From Tortispora ganteri (Eukaryota), in NCBI GenBank assembly GCA_003707115.1, contig PPNB01000013.1, positions 1-64,000 of the forward strand: a stretch of DNA of 64,000 nucleotides. The letters are read 5' to 3'. Each line of letters starts with the position of its first letter. The first letter of the stretch is position 1. The position numbers and the translations under genes are program-made. Under the pieces are notes generated by a model. That model searched no databases, had not been told where the DNA came from, and worked only from the letters and a program-made list of their open reading frames with translations. Positions 62,532 through 64,000 of the stretch are shown here, piece after piece.

Positions 62532-64000
62532 ATGCTCTCTTTTCTCTTGCTAGCTTCGACAATACTGGCGAATAGCATTACAAATTGCGAGTTCAGCGAT
62601 ATCGCCTTGTACTGCACTGATGATGCTGGCACTGTGGGCACTATCTCACCCGCGCCTACTGCCACGCCGACTGAATTGTACTCACAATGTCACCTTCACG
62701 GCGTTACCACCTTCTGTAGGGGTGCCAGCTCGGAGGAAGTCGCCTTCTTTCCTACTGCTACTCCCACTGTAACCGTAGAGGAGCATAATCATGATCACGA
62801 CCATGACCATGACCATGACCATGACCATGAAGAAGAGGAAGAACATGATCACGACCATGACCATGACCATGAACATGAAGAAGAGGAAGAACATGATCAC
62901 GACCATGACCATGACCATGAACATGAAGAAGAGGAAGAACATGATCACGACCATGACCATGACCATGAACATGAAGAAGAGGAAGAACATGATCACGACC
63001 ATGACCATGACCATGAGGAACACGACCATGATCACGATCACGGTCATGACCATGGCGGCGAGTCGGCAGAGATCACCAGCTGCACAATGTCTAGCTCGAC
63101 GCAGTATTGCGTTGACGGTAGCGGTGTAACTGGCTATGTGTACCCGGCGCCTACGGACCCGGCGGTTGCTCCTTCTAGCTACGGCGACTGCCACGCGCAC
63201 GATGCTGACTACTTCTGCATCGCAGAAGACGGAAGCGAAGTGCAGTTCATTACTGATGAGTCCCAACCACCTTCTGACGGCTGCCATTTCCATGCAGGTG
63301 TAGAACACTGTCCTGGCAGGGAGAATACATGCGAGGCAGTTCAACGTGATTACAATATCGGCCTCAGAATTGGCCTGATATTTGTTATGCTTGCTGTCGC
63401 TTCTATCGGTGTGTATTTGCCTATGATCACAAGGAAAATGTTCAACCTTGTATTAACTGGATATGTTTTCACGGGAATCACTCAGTTTGGTATCGGTGTT
63501 ATTCTTGCAACGGCAACAATTCATCTTTACACACACGGAACCTTGACTTTCAGCAATGAATGTATAGGAACCTTAGATTACGAAGCCACTGCTTCGGCCA
63601 TTGTGCTTGCCGGATTCACCCTTACATTTCTCATAGATTTCTGCATCCACAAGTACATCCAGTATCAGCAAGCCAAAAAGGCTGCCAACAAGCCTGCTGA
63701 TGCTACCCCTGTGGATACTGAGAAAGGTTTACTGCCGCCCGAGGTTGACCATATAAGCGTGTTCTTACTGGAAGCTGGTATCATCTTCCATTCGATCATC
63801 CTTGGTGTTACATGCGTTGTTGCGTCCGATTCGTACTTCGGCACACTGTTTGTGGTTATTGTGTTCCATCAATTATTTGAAGCTTTGGCACTGGGTTCGC
63901 GTATTGCTGCCCTAGATACAATCAACCCACTCCAAAAAGGTCTCCTAGGCCTTGCGTTCGCGTTAACCACGCCTGTCGGTATGGCTATCGGCACTGGATG
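62532..64000 (+). CDS. ZIP-family zinc transporter, ZrfC/Candida Zrt1 type (partial, runs off the right edge)
   Basis: ATG 62532, signal peptide MLSFLLLASTILA, CHLH, CHAH, CHFHAGVEHC, RDYNIGLRIG, QFGIGVILATA, LEAGIIFHSIILG and FHQLFE. Absent from the ORF track because the stop is outside the window. Confidence 0.92.
   Translation, partial: MLSFLLLASTILANSITNCEFSDIALYCTDDAGTVGTISPAPTATPTELYSQCHLHGVTTFCRGASSEEVAFFPTATPTVTVEEHNHDHDHDHDHDHDHEEEEEHDHDHDHDHEHEEEEEHDHDHDHDHEHEEEEEHDHDHDHDHEHEEEEEHDHDHDHDHEEHDHDHDHGHDHGGESAEITSCTMSSSTQYCVDGSGVTGYVYPAPTDPAVAPSSYGDCHAHDADYFCIAEDGSEVQFITDESQPPSDGCHFHAGVEHCPGRENTCEAVQRDYNIGLRIGLIFVMLAVASIGVYLPMITRKMFNLVLTGYVFTGITQFGIGVILATATIHLYTHGTLTFSNECIGTLDYEATASAIVLAGFTLTFLIDFCIHKYIQYQQAKKAANKPADATPVDTEKGLLPPEVDHISVFLLEAGIIFHSIILGVTCVVASDSYFGTLFVVIVFHQLFEALALGSRIAALDTINPLQKGLLGLAFALTTPVGMAIGTG
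62784..63053 (+). repeat. Coding His/Asp/Glu array: (gaccat)n nested in a 48-bp unit (EEEEEHDHDHDHDHEH), about 4 copies
   Basis: 90 codons with 37 His, counted by hand. Confidence 0.95.

Noticed and set aside
62682..63344. Met-rich ORFs 62682-63344 (-) and 62791-63129 (+)
   Set aside because: Alternative frames of the His/Asp repeat inside the ZIP transporter.
1..64000. Transposons, LTRs, tRNA and rRNA genes, and upstream GTG/TTG starts in the ORF track
   Set aside because: No transposase, RT or integrase motifs, long terminal repeats or cloverleafs were recognised by eye. Non-ATG extensions precede conserved ATG starts and look like bacterial-style ORF-calling artefacts.

Overview
Gene-dense, intron-poor eukaryotic DNA from a budding yeast. 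An early-diverging Saccharomycotina lineage is inferred from GTAAGT/TACTAAC introns, a retained Rpp40 and yeast-type gene content. About 38 protein genes are present, mostly conserved housekeeping genes: CAB5, PRP11, TRL1, RML2, NCS6, HIS7, kinesin-5, CAC2, ALDH, WSS1, YTH1, TRM82, UTP23, AMS1, IMP2, HEM12, FCY1, SEC9, IPI1, PCP1, MLH1, BRX1 and alpha-tubulin. Six things stand out. (1) Two nearby squalene-synthase-like paralogues both deviate from canonical motifs; one has lost the membrane anchor and carries extra active-site changes, a possible split or neofunctionalised triterpene system. (2) A secreted Kex2/Ste13 repeat precursor with no pro-region encodes 12 copies of FRMKGMPLY, probably an unusually short alpha-pheromone, with a duplicated 21-bp promoter element. 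(3) A snR41-snR70-snR51 box C/D snoRNA cluster, invisible to the ORF track, sits in a spliced non-coding host where the middle snoRNA seems to have lost its intron. (4) There is a candidate H/ACA RNA of unknown family. (5) A Tex1/THOC3-like protein has a long GDPRDR tail. (6) A ZrfC/Zrt1-type zinc transporter has a 90-aa His/Asp/Glu array. No transposon, CRISPR, tRNA or rRNA gene was recognised. All family calls come from motif recognition by eye, not database searches.
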